This document shows, piece by piece, positions 10,412 to 21,707 of a stretch of 64,000 bases of DNA. Origin of the DNA: Macrostomum hystrix (lineage: Eukaryota; Animalia; Platyhelminthes); the NCBI GenBank assembly GCA_950097015.1, contig CATNEN010000025.1, positions 7,316,001 to 7,380,000 of the forward strand, read 5' to 3'. The translations under genes and the position numbers were made by a program. Below the pieces are notes generated by a model. The model was given only the letters and a program-made list of their open reading frames with translations, was not told where the DNA came from and did not search any database. Within the stretch, counting starts at the first letter, position 1. Every line of letters begins with the position of its first letter.

Positions 10412-11460
10412 CAACTATTCCCAATTCCTCAACTATTCCCAAATCCTTAACTATTCCCAAATCCTTAACTATTCCCAAATCCTCAACTATTCCCAAATCC
10501 TCAACTATTCCCAAATCCTCAAAAATTATAAATAGTTGAATCCTTATTTTAGTTTCCTGAATCCTAACCTCCTATTCCTCCTATAACCTTCTATTCCTGA
10601 ATCCTTATATTCCTTTACAGATTCATAATATTCTCTTGCTGAATCCTAACCTTTTCTGTTCTAATTCTAACCTTTTATTCTCGAATCCTTATTTTCCTCT
10701 CCTGAATCCTAACCTTTAATTTCAGAGTCGAAATATTCCATTCCAGAGTCCCAGTATTCCATTCAATAATCCCAATATTCCATTCCAGAATCCCAGTATT
10801 CCATTCAATAATCCCAGTATTCCATTCAATAATCCCAGTATTCCATTTAAGAATCCCAGTATTCCATTTAAGAATCCCAGTATTCCATTCCAGAATCCCA
10901 GTATTCCATTCCAGAATCCCAGTATTCCATTCAATAATCCCAATATTCCATTCCAGAATCCCAGTATTCCATTCAATAATCCCAGTATTCCATTCAATAA
11001 TCCCAGTATTCCATTTAAGAATCCCAGTATTCCATTTAAGAATCCCAGTATTCCATTTAAGAATCCCAGTATTCCATTCCATAATCCCAGTATTCCATTT
11101 AAGAATCCCAGTATTCCATTTAAGAATCCCAGTATTCCATTTAAGAATCCCAGTATTCCATTCCAGAATCCCAGTATTCCATTCCAGAATCCCAGTATTC
11201 CATTCCAGAATCCCAGTATTCCATTCCAGAATCCCAGTATTCCATTCCAGAATCCCAGTATTCCATTCCAGAATCCCAGTATTCCATTCCAGAATCCCAG
11301 TATTCCATTCCAGAATCCCAGTATTCCATTCCAGAATCCCAGTATTCCATTCCAGAATCCCAGTATTCCATTCCAGAATCCCAGTATTCCATTCCAGAAT
11401 CCCAGTATTCCATTCCAGAATCCCAGTATTCCATTCCGAGATCCCAATAATACATTCCAG
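10412..11460. repeat. 18-bp (10412-10520) and 21-bp (10730-11460) minisatellites (TIMM44 intron 4)
   Basis: caactattcccaaatcct; attccattccagaatcccagt. Confidence 0.95.
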
Positions 11461-11657
11461 AATCCCAATACCCTTTTCCAAAGTTCCAGAATACAAATGC
11501 TTAGTTCTCAAATCACTCGTAATATCCTTTACTTTCAAAACCTATTCTTGCATTTTGATTATATTATTCTCAAGTTTCTAGTTCAACCAGCTTGTTCTCT
11601 GATAGCCACACTAGATCCTGAATCCCAATGCGAACTCCTATCTGTCGCAATACGCAG

Positions 11658-11861
11658 GGCCCAGTATTGGTAATCAGCTTCACAGCGCAGCACATTGAAT
11701 GCGTTCGCGACTCGCTTGGCAAAGTGGTGGAAGGCGACCCCGACAAGATCCTGCGCGTCACCCACATTTGGGCCCTGTGCCGCGATCAAGCCGAACTTAA
11801 CCCGCGCGCCGCCTGGCGGGTCATGGAGATTCACTGCCTACCCAGCGAGCAGTGGATCTGA
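11658..11861 (+). CDS. TIMM44: TIM44 exon 5 (last)
   Basis: tacgcag|GGC CCA GTA. GPVLVISFTAQHIECVRDSLGKVVEGDPDKILRVTHIWALCRDQAELNPRAAWRVMEI ends at TGA 11861 and is close to the human TIMM44 C-terminus. Confidence 0.95.
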   Translation, partial: GPVLVISFTAQHIECVRDSLGKVVEGDPDKILRVTHIWALCRDQAELNPRAAWRVMEIHCLPSEQWI

Positions 11862-11967
11862 TTAGCATTTTTTATTTGCATAATATTTTGGCCTCCCCTG
11901 TCCCCGGAACCACTTTTGGCTTTCCCAGCTCATTGTCCTTTTTTGATCGCTCATTGATCAGCTGATC

Positions 11968-13035
11968 CAATTCTCCGACCCACCTGGTGAGCTTGTTTAG
12001 CTGACCCACTTCTGCGACCCACCTGGTCCGCTGACCCACTTTTTCGACCCGCCTGGTCAGCTGACCCACTTCTGCGACCCACCTGGTCAGCTGACCTACT
12101 TCTGCGACCCGCCTGGTCAGCTGACCCACTTCTGCGACCCGCCTGGTCAGCTGCCCCACTTCTGCGACCCACCTGTTTAGCTGAACCACTTCTGCGACCC
12201 ACCTAGTCCGCTGACCCACTTTTTCGACCCGCCTGGTCAGCTGACCCACTTCTGCGACCCACCTGGTCAGCTGACCTACTTCTGCGACCCGCCTGGTCAG
12301 CTGACCCACTTCTGCGACCCGCCTGGTCAGCTGCCCCACTTCTGCGACCCACCTGTTTAGCTGAACCACTTCTGCGACCCACCTAGTCCGCTGACCCACT
12401 TTTTCGACCCACCTGGTCAGCTGACCCACTTCTGCGACCCACCTGGTCAGCTGACCTACTTCTGCGACCCGCCTGGTCAGCTGACCCACTTCTGCGACCC
12501 GCCTGGTCAGCTGACCCACTTCTGCGACCCACCTGTTTAGCTGAACCACTTCTGGGACCCGCCTGGTCAGCTGACCCACTTCTGCTGACCCACTTCTGGT
12601 CAGCTGATATACTTCTGTGACCCACCTGGTCAGCTGACGCACTTCTGCGACCCGCCTGGTCCGCTGACCCACTTCTATGACCCACCTGGTCCGTTGACCC
12701 ACATCTGTGACCCACCTGGTCCGTTGACCCACATCTGTGACCCACCTGGTCCGTTGACCCACTTCTGTGACCCACCTGGTCCGTTGACCCACTTATGTGA
12801 CCCACCTGGTCCGTTGACCCACTTCTGTGACCCGCCTGGTCCGCTGACCCACTTCTGTGACCCACCTGGTCCGTTGACCCACTTCTGTGACCCGCCTGGT
12901 CTGTTGACCCACTTCTGTGACCCGCCTGGTCTGTTGACCCACTTCTGTGACCCGCCTGGTCTGTTGACCCACTTCTGTGACCCGCCTGGTCTGTTGACCC
13001 ACTTCTGTGACCCGCCTGGTCAGCTGACCCACTAC
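11968..13035. repeat. 30-bp minisatellite just downstream of the TIMM44 stop, with a 180-bp higher-order period
   Basis: ctgacccacttctgcgacccacctggtcag. Blocks starting at 12061, 12241 and 12421 are identical. Confidence 0.96.
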
Positions 13036-13164
13036 CTGGTCCACTAACCGATGCTCGGATTAGCTGTCTAAAAAATGTTGCACTTGAGTTATACAAAGAA
13101 CCAATGTATAAGAGTGAAGTATCTTCTCCTAGATGTCGCCGTGATTAGCCTGTCTTGTATGTTC

Positions 13165-13574
13165 TTTTATTCAGTAGTGGCCCAGTATTGTTGAAGTGTC
13201 TAAGAATCGTGAATTATGTCAGGGGCTACTGTTTTGAATGCCTCAAATAAATTCTACTATTAAGTTTATTCAGTAGTGGCCCAGTATTGTTGAAGTGTCT
13301 AAGAATCGTGAATTATGTCAGGGGCTGCTGTTTTGAATGCCTCAAATAAATTCTACTATTAAGTTTATTCAGTAGTGGCCCAGTATTGTTGAAGTGTCTA
13401 AGAATCGTGAATTATGTCAGGGGCTACTGTTTTGAATGCCTCAAATAAATTCTACTATTAAGTTTATTCAGTAGTGGCCCAGTATTGTTGAAGTGTCTAA
13501 GAATCGTGAATTATGTCAGGGGCTACTGTTTTGAATGTCTCAAATAAATTCTACTATTAAGTTTATTCAGTAGT
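13165..13574. repeat. 99-bp tandem repeat, ~4 near-identical copies, between convergent TIMM44 and dystrophin-like genes
   Basis: cagtagtgg recurs at 13172, 13271, 13370 and 13469 (partial at 13568). Confidence 0.96.
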
Positions 13575-14084
13575 GTGGCGTGTGACTTTAGTAGGCAAAA
13601 TTGTTTTCTGTTAAGTAGCGATTGTCATCCTGCATTTCAATTGATAATTCACATATATTCTTGTTGTGTCCATCTCGCCTACCACCGCTATTTTTGTCTA
13701 TTCAGCGAAACACAAGTAGATTTCCATGAAATCTGTTGCAGCGCTTGTTTTGAGTCCAGATGCTCAAATTTTCAACGTTTTTTACTGTTGCTAGAGAATA
13801 AATATTAATACTAACATTATAAACATATGTGAGGTCAAGTCCTGAGCATTTTGCTGTAAGCCCTGTGCTCAATCAGTAACTGGTCATTAAAGTTGGTGAA
13901 AACAACTTTGTTAACTTATTTCATATATTAAACTGCTAGTAAAATAGTTGGAAATACTATCTTTGCTGTCATCTCCGCTCAGTCACCTGTCAAGTACTGT
14001 TCCGTTGTCGGCATATTGATATAAGATTATCATTATACAGCTGCAAGTTACTATTAAACTCATATCTCTAATATATATACATTA

Positions 14085-14401
14085 TATATGGATTAGCTGA
14101 CCCACCTGACTATCTATATACATTAGCTGACCCACCTGACTATCTATATACACTAGCTGACCCACCTGACTATCTATATACATTAGCTGACCCACCTGAC
14201 TATCTACATACATTAGCTGACCCACCTGACTATCTATATACATTAGCTGACCCACCTGACTATCTATATACATTAGCTGACCCACCTGACTATCTATATA
14301 CACTAGCTGACCCACCTGACTATCTATATACACTAGCTGACCCACCTGACTATCTATATACATTAGCTGACCCACCTGACTATCTATATACATTAGCTGA
14401 C
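14085..14401. repeat. 30-bp minisatellite, ~10 copies
   Basis: tagctgacccacctgactatctatatacat. Confidence 0.95.
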
Positions 14402-14583
14402 ATTAAAGTCATTAAAGTTGTTCATCATTGTCTGCCCTAGACCAGGGATTAGCAATATTTGTAGTTAGCAGGAAACAGAACTGCACACGACAGTTAACAT
14501 CTTCGCCGTCCCTGTGCCGGCGGTAAAAATCTAAATTAAATGCCAAGAAAAATTGTTGGTTGCTTTTTGAGACGGCGGGTTTC

Positions 14584-14973
14584 TCAGGGACTGGGGTCGC
14601 CTCCGTTCACAGCCTCCACCAGCTGACCCATCGCGCTGCTTATTCGGCCAGCCATGACAAACAGGCTGTTCACCGACGACCGATTGCCGACGCCTCCTAG
14701 GACCATTACTGCGCCGCGGCTGTCTGGTCGCCTCGGCGTGGCCATCGCCGACGCTGGCGGCGTTGTCAGCAGTCGCCGCAGTCTGGCCAGCTGGGTCTCC
14801 AGCCGCCTGTTCTGCTCCTCCAGCACCGCCATTCGCTGCTCTAGCCGGCTGCGCTGGGCGCGAAGGAGTCTGGCTTCAGCTGCGGCCGCGGCAGCCGCCT
14901 CCGCGTTGGCCCAGCCGCCCATGCCGCAATGGCCTGCGCCCTGATAGCCGGACATTAGCTTGTCAAATTCCGC
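14584..14973 (-). CDS. Dystrophin-family protein, last exon (C-terminal coiled coil)
   Basis: aatttgcag|GCG GAA TTT. AEARLLRAQRSRLEQRMAVLEEQNRRLETQLARLRRLL corresponds to dystrophin [38 protein letters not shown]. Joins the previous exon as ESAKLQ|AEFDKL (dystrophin ENRNLQAEYDRL). Confidence 0.9.
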   Translation of the reverse strand, partial: AEFDKLMSGYQGAGHCGMGGWANAEAAAAAAAEARLLRAQRSRLEQRMAVLEEQNRRLETQLARLRRLLTTPPASAMATPRRPDSRGAVMVLGGVGNRSSVNSLFVMAGRISSAMGQLVEAVNGGDPSP

Positions 14974-15582
14974 CTGCAAATTAGTAGAAAGTGGAGCAGT
15001 TTTGACGCGTACGGTTATGAGTTCGAATCTGTAGCGAGCTCACTTTTATTTCTACAATCCGACGCTCCTATTGTCGGCTAAGATTAGATTGATTTTTATT
15101 TATCAATCAATTTATCAATTTATCGACGAAATCAGGGTTTGGCTTATCCACTGCTCGGATGAATAATCTCAGTTACTTGTAATTACGAGTCAAATATTTA
15201 TGGATTAGTGCAATACGTTTTGTTTATGCATACAAAACAATTATATATTCGACAAAATATAGTTGTTTGTTTTACTCGTTAATCCGCTTTGAAGCTCTCT
15301 CTCTCTCTCAGATATCTCAGCGGAGCAATCAATTATTGGCAAGCTAAATTCCTGACTCAACCTGGCTATTGTCTAAAAAATAAACATAAACAATAAATAG
15401 ACTTTCTTTCCAAACTAATTGATTTTGACGGCAAGTTGCTCGCGTGCGGTCTGTCAGTTGCTAGCTTCGCGGATTTCTATAAGGAGTGATTTTTCTTCTT
15501 CAATCAGACGTCAAGTTAACTTAGTCGTGCGAATATTGTTCAACTTTTTTTGGCCTCTGTGTCACGCGCTATAGATGCTACG

Positions 15583-15583
<1 letters not shown>

Positions 15584-15616
<33 letters not shown>
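15584..15616. repeat. (CTG)11 microsatellite; a (GCG)~9 tract also lies at ~17712-17740
   Basis: Direct reading; both lie inside the long last intron of the dystrophin-like gene. Confidence 0.9.
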
Positions 15617-15618
<2 letters not shown>

Positions 15619-16144
15619 TGAGAGAAGAAAATAATAATGTGAACTATTCTGGCGTGTATATGGGAATGCGATACAAGTTTCTCATGCTCAATAAATCACA
15701 ATCCACCCCTATTTATGACCCTCCGAGTCCATATAGTGTCCCAATTTCTGGCGATCATTCGCAGTGCAATTATTTCCGCTCTTGTTCCCCGCGTGCAGGT
15801 GCTTGAACATGCCGATGCCAGCGGGGTGGGAGGAACTCTGTACTGCTGACCTCGGATTTAGCTTAGTCAAGTACTTTGCATTATTTTTACTATTGTTTTT
15901 ATTAGCCTTAGTATTGTGAGTATCGAAAGAAGTGCCATTGTGTTTGCAATGCAACGCGCAGCTATTTAGGTGTACTAAATGAATAATGCAGCAGCGACAT
16001 TGCAGTTCAGCTAGGGTGCTCAGTGAGAAGGAGGATGTGCTCAGCTGTTTCACTGCGATACTGGCAAGATTGAGAATGACGGACGACAAATTCGGGCGAT
16101 GGGAAAATAGCTGCTGAGTTTCGAGAATCTAGAGACTAGAGAAA

Positions 16145-17330
16145 CATCAACTGGGAAGAGATAAAAATAGACATGAGGTGGAAAGAAAAGACATGCGTTG
16201 GGAAGAATAGATGAGACTCGGGAGGAGATGAGACACGGGAGAGATGAGACACGGGAGAGATGAGACACGGGAGAGATGAGACACGGGAGGAGACACGAGG
16301 TGGGAAGAATTGACACGAGGTGGGAAGAATTGACACGAGGTGGGAAGAATAGACACGAGGTGGGAAGAATTGACACGAGGTGGGAAGAATAGACATACGT
16401 TGGGAAGAATAGACATGCGTTGGGAAGAATAGACACGAGGTGGGAAGAAAAGACACGAGGTGGGAAGAATTAACATGCATTGGGAAGAATAGACACGAGG
16501 TGGGAAGAATAGACACGAGGTGGGAAGAATTGACACGAAGTGGGAAGAATGGACACGAGGTGGGAAGAATAGACACGAGGTGGGAAGTATAGACACTAGG
16601 TGGGAAGAATTGACACGAGGTGGGAAGAATTGACACGAGGTGGGAAGAATAGACACGAGGTGGGAAGAAAAGACACGAGGTGGGAAGAATAGACACGAGT
16701 TGGGAAGAATAGACATGAGGTGGGAAGAATAGACACGAGGTGGGAAGAATAGACACGAGGTGGGAAGAATAGACACGAGGTGGGAAGAAAAGACACGAGG
16801 TGGGAAGAATAGACACGAGTTGGGAAGAATAGACATGAGGTGGGAAGAATAGACACGAGGTGGGAAGAATAGACACGAGGTGGGAAGAATAGACACTAAG
16901 TGGGAAGAATTGACACGAGGTGGGAAGAATAGACACGAGGTGGGAAGAATTGACACGAGGTGGGAAGAATAGACACGAGATGGGAAGAATAGACATGCGT
17001 TGGGAAGAATAGACACGAGGTGGGAAGAATTGACACGAGGTGGGAAGAATTGACACGAGGTGGGAAGAATTGACACGAGGTGGGAAGAATTGACACGAGG
17101 TGGGAAGAATTGACATGCATTGGGAAGAATATACACAAGAGGTGGGAAGAATTGACACGAGGTGGGAAGAATAGACACGAGGTGGGAAGAATATACACGA
17201 GGTGGGAAGAATATACACGAGGTGGGAAGAATAGACACGAGGTGGGAAGAATATACACTAGGTGGGAAGAATAGACACGACGTAGGAGGAATAGTCCTTA
17301 GGTGGGAAGAATAGACAGGAGGTGGCAAGA
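16145..17330. repeat. Purine-rich 20-bp minisatellite with an embedded 17-bp segment
   Basis: gacacgaggtgggaagaata; 16210-16290 gagatgagacacgggaga. Confidence 0.96.
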
Positions 17331-18039
17331 AAAGACATTAAGTGGGGGAAGTGGGGAATAACTTTCTGCTCTTGTCCTCACAATGGCTCAATCAAGCCAG
17401 TCTGTTCTGTGAGGGCAGAGAAAATTAAAAAACAACAGGAAACTGCAGCATGCCATCCGGTGCAAATCTGCACTGTCTGCCCATCTCGCCGACCCTCAGT
17501 CTCCCTTTCACTTTCGCTTCCCTGACCTCGCCTTCGTCCAGAAATAGATCCTCATCTAAGCTCAGACTACGGTGAATCCGCCCCCCCTCACCACCGAGAC
17601 TAAATCCCCAAAAAAGGAATCTAGATGGCGACCCAAACTTTCCTCAGTCTCTATAGAAAGAGTATAGCTGCTGGGGAATTGAAGGGTTGGGGTCGGGGCG
17701 GAAACTCAAATGCGGCGGCGGCGGCGGCGGCGGCGGCGGCTTCCGCTGCTTAGCGGAGTGAAGGGATTGGGGCAGCGGGAGATTAGACTATGGGAGACTG
17801 TACGGGATCTTTACAAATCTTCGCCACTAGGGGTGGGGGGCGCTGAGAGATTGCAGAGACCGGAGGATAGAGAAGCAATGAATGGAAAGAATTGATTAGA
17901 ACTGCCTATTGCGATTGTGTTTAAACTGGTCTTGGTAACTTTCTACCGGCACTTAACTAGAGTTTTGCTTAGCTGCATCTGAGTAGTTAACACGCGCGCA
18001 CCTGGACCTTAGTACGAGTATATTCATTATATGTTAAAT

Positions 18040-18481
18040 TAAATTTCACCCTACCTTAAGTAAATCTCACCCTACCTGAAGTAAATCTCACCCTACTTGA
18101 AGTAAATCTCACTCTACCTGAAGTAAATCTCACCCCACCTGAATTAAATCTCACCCTCAATTAAGTAAATCTCACCCTAAATAAAGTAAATCTCACCCTA
18201 CCTGAATAAAATCTCAACCTACCTGAATTTTGAATCTCGCCCTACCTGTATTAAATCTCACCCTACCTGTATTAAATCTCACCCTACCTGTATTAAATCT
18301 CACCCTACCTGAAGTAAATCTCACCCCACCTGAATTAAATCTCACCCTCAATTAAGTAAATCTCACCCTAAATAAGTTAAATCTCACCCTACCTGAAGTA
18401 AATCTCACCTTCAATGAAGTAAATCTCACCCTAAATGAAGTAAATCTCACCCTAAATGAAGTAAATCTCACCCTACCTGAA
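18040..18481. repeat. 21-bp minisatellite
   Basis: aagtaaatctcaccctacctg variants. Confidence 0.92.
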
Positions 18482-18632
18482 GAATTCGTATCCGTGCATG
18501 AAATCACTCTCGCTTAATTATGGAATCCAGTCCACTAACCTGATGTCTATCTCATCAGCCAGATCGCTTTGATCTATTAGCAAACTAATCTCCAAGGCAT
18601 GCACTATTAGCATGGCATCGCCTGTCACTCAC

Positions 18633-18954
18633 CTGCAACTTGGCGCTCTCGGATTCGAGCTCCTGCTCGAGCGAGTCGACCGCGGCCGCCGCAGATGCCG
18701 TCGCCGACTTTCCACCGGTTCTGCTGCGCGACCTCAGCTGGCTGGCGTACACAGCAATCAGCGAGTGCTCTTCGTCGCCTCCAACTCCGCCGACTCCGCC
18801 GACGCCGCCACCGCCGTCGGCGAAGCTCTCGATTTGCTCAGCCTCCGAGTCTCTACAAGTGCACCTGTCGCATTGCTGTTTTTGTTGCAGTTTCCACTGC
18901 GACTGCTTCTGCATCTCGTCCGGCTGGACTGGCAAAAATGATCCCTTAGCCTTA
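18633..18954 (-). CDS. Dystrophin-family protein, exon with syntrophin-binding-like motif and start of the coiled coil
   Basis: ttgcttcag|T AAG ... TTG CAG|gtgagt. DEEHSLIAVYASQL corresponds to dystrophin DDEHLLIQHYCQSL. Phases 2/0 fit the neighbouring exons. Confidence 0.85.
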
Positions 18955-19915
18955 CTGAAGCAATAATCTGCTTTGTGGACTCATATTTGAGCACACTCCT
19001 TACCCACCTTCCGACTAGGCAGCCAATCCCAGTTCATCCTCGCCAATGAGAGGGCCAGGATTAGTCTTATTGATTAACGGCAGCTCGCGAAGGATTAACA
19101 AGCTTTCAGGCTAGCTTTCCGCAGAATAAGATAACAATTAGTTGAATCTTCAAGTGTTGCTTGAAAACGAAGGTCTTGTTCCTCCAAATACCGTTTTTCC
19201 AAATCTTAAATTCCTAAATTCCCATGCTAGCTAAAATCCCAACTCGACGAAACTAATCTAAACTCCAACTTCCGGTTACATGGCAACTAAAAAATTTGTT
19301 CTGGATCTCTCTTATCTGTTATATTATTCTCCCCTTATCTAATCTGGAACTATTTCCTATTGAAGCCCCACAGCCTGTCGGATGAACTAAAAACTCGGCC
19401 CTTCTATCCATTCTGCTCTACCGCAATCGATACATGAGCACATTTAGACCCATTAAGGGGGTTGAGGGACAGAAATTATTCTCGAGTTGCTAAACACACT
19501 CCTGAGTACCGGGGCGGACCGCTGCACAAAGTGCACTCTTCACTAGATAAATAATGCATTATATGCTATTCGAAACTATAAAATAATAATTGCTATCATT
19601 ATGCCCGGAGTTTCACATTTCAATTACTTTCGTATGAAATCCTTTTTATCAATATGGATACATGCTATCTCTAGCGCAACCTTCTTTAACAGCGGCGCGC
19701 TCTGATTGGCTAATTCAGGAGTGAGGTGGGTGTCGGGTAAAAGGCCCAATTCTGGATGAGGGGGTTCGGGGTTAAAGGCCTGATTCAGGAGTGGGGTGGG
19801 TGTAGGGTTTTTCTACTTCTGGCGTGGGGTTGGTGCAGTGGGAATTTCAAAGAGCTTTTACTTCAGCCAATCGGCGATTCACAGAATGCAATCCATTTCC
19901 GCCGTCGATACTCAC

Positions 19916-20379
19916 CCATTACAGCGTTCCTCCTGCTTTATTTCCGGCTTAAATTTTGTCTCAGCTTCGCAATTCGACTGTCTGTCCTCGTGATTCAAAC
20001 CGCAACACAGCAGTCTCCTGCGCATGAGTCTACTCAGGCTGGCCAATTCCTCCAGCAGACTCGGAGCATTCTGGCATTCCAGCATCGGATGGGCGGCCCG
20101 GTGGCCATGAATGTCCGTGTTCCGAGCCCCGTCGTTAATTCCATCTAGTCCGGCTATCTGACAGTCCAAGCAGAGGCTTAGCCGCAGGCAGCGCAGGCAG
20201 CGGAATCGGAGGCCCCTGATTGGTCGCTGGCCGCAGGCGGCACAGCCCACTCTGTGCTGAAGGCCCTCTGATTGGTTGAGCCGGTCCAGCGCTAGAAGCC
20301 AAGCCAGAAACTCTGTACCGCCATTTCTTTTGCGTCCCAGAGCCCAGGACAGGAAATCCACGAGCCGCACTGATGTGCC
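19916..20379 (-). CDS. Dystrophin-family protein, ZZ zinc-finger exon
   Basis: FLAWLLALDRLNQSEGLQHRVGCAACGQRPIRGLRFRCLRCLRLSLCLDC...HRAAHPMLE is a dystrophin/dystrobrevin-type ZZ. Donor AAT GG|gtgagt. Acceptor aaaccag|GGC chosen for phase. Confidence 0.9.
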
Positions 20380-20715
20380 CTGGTTTCATGGCCGAATGGA
20401 ATGCTGTTTCTTCAGAGTGGAATCCCCCGATTATTCGCAGGGCAATCCCCGACTATTAACATAGGATTTCCTTAATTTTTCACAGGGGAATCCCTTTTCT
20501 TCGCATGGTAATCCCAGATTATTCCCTGCGTAAATTCATTCTCGGGGAATCCCCGATAATTATCAGGGGAATTCCCTTTTCTTCGCAGGGAAATCCTCAA
20601 TTCTTGGTAGGAAATCTCTGATTCTGTAGAGAGGCTTACTGATATTGATGAAAAGGAATCCCAGTTTTCGAGCTCAGTTTAATTATCGAGTGCCTCTTCA
20701 ATTGTTAAACCTGAC

Positions 20716-21588
20716 CTTCCCTAGGCAGTCCTGAACCGCAGCTTCCAATCTCGCTTGATCGATGCCCGCAATGTCGTCGGTAGCCGCGGCCAGACGCTGA
20801 CACTCGCCTAGAAGTCTGCAGAGCCCAGCCCGATCCAGACTGCCGCAACCGTTGCCAGTCATCTGGTCGTCCTTCGCGATGATTTGAAACAATCGGATGA
20901 GCTTGTCCTCGGTCGATCCGTCGGCTAGCAGAATGGCCGAAGTCTTGCGCGATCTTGTCGCCTCGTCCAGAGTCAGCCGGCGACCTTTGTGCCTGCGCCA
21001 GAGACGAACGGCGCACTTCAATGCTGACATCTCCGTCGAAGCCGCAGCTGCTGTTGCTCTCGCGGGCAATGCCGCAGCCTCTGCAGCAGCAGCAGCGGCC
21101 ACCAATTCCATTCGGGCAGTCAGCGAGTGGCTTGGCACTGCGCCAACAGCTTCAAGACGCTGCCATTCAGCTTCCAACTCTGTTGCCAGCTCCAACGATG
21201 CCGCATTCGGCGTCGTCAGCGTCAGCAGGTGCTCGATCTTTGCCAGACTGTCTGCAGCGACTGCGGCGCGGTCGCTCAGGTCGGCCTCGCCAGCCAGCAG
21301 CTCCGTCCATCGTCGGCGCAGTCGGGCGTCAGCCGCCGACAGAAGACATTCGACCTCCGACCGACGGTGGCTCAGCTGGTTAGCCACCGCAGCGTGCAGC
21401 GCCCGCTGACGGCGAGCCGTGGCAGCGTCGCCGCCAAGTTGAAGTCGCCGACGACGCAGGCTGGCCTCTCGGCCGGACAGCCAGCGGCTGAGGCGGCGCC
21501 GGAGGCGGCGTCTTTGGCTGGCTTGGCCACCGCTGCTCATTCGGCGGAGCTGAAGATCACGAAGCTGCCACCCGGCCATGTCCAGATC
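20716..21588 (-). CDS. Dystrophin-family protein, large exon (helical/spectrin-like segment plus EF-hand remnant)
   Basis: ccaag|GAT CTG ... GGG AAG|gtcagg, 291 codons. Contains SALKCAVRLWRRHK (~SAYRTAMKLRRLQK) and KTSAILLADGSTEDKLIRLFQII (~[23 protein letters not shown]). Confidence 0.85.
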
Positions 21589-21707
21589 CTTGGAAGGGTG
21601 AATTGTGAAGGGAATTGTGAAGGGTGAATAAGAAAGGGTGAATTGGGTAGGGTGAATTGGGTAGGGTAGGGAGAAGATGCAGCATGAAACGGGAATGGAA
21701 GCCCTGC

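Noticed and set aside
10675-13096. Long repetitive ORFs (LEWNTGI, GQLTRWVAEV, etc.) and the equivalents at 16136-17328, 32176-33036, 47867-48538, 54264-55080, 57845-60455 and 62350-63983
   Set aside because: They are translations of stop-free minisatellite units, open in several frames and strands, without splice or start context, and lie in introns or spacers of real genes.
15709-16089. 126-aa minus-strand ORF in the last dystrophin-like intron
   Set aside because: The flanking exons already join seamlessly (LQ|AEF, as in dystrophin), and the ORF has no family motif or good splice sites.
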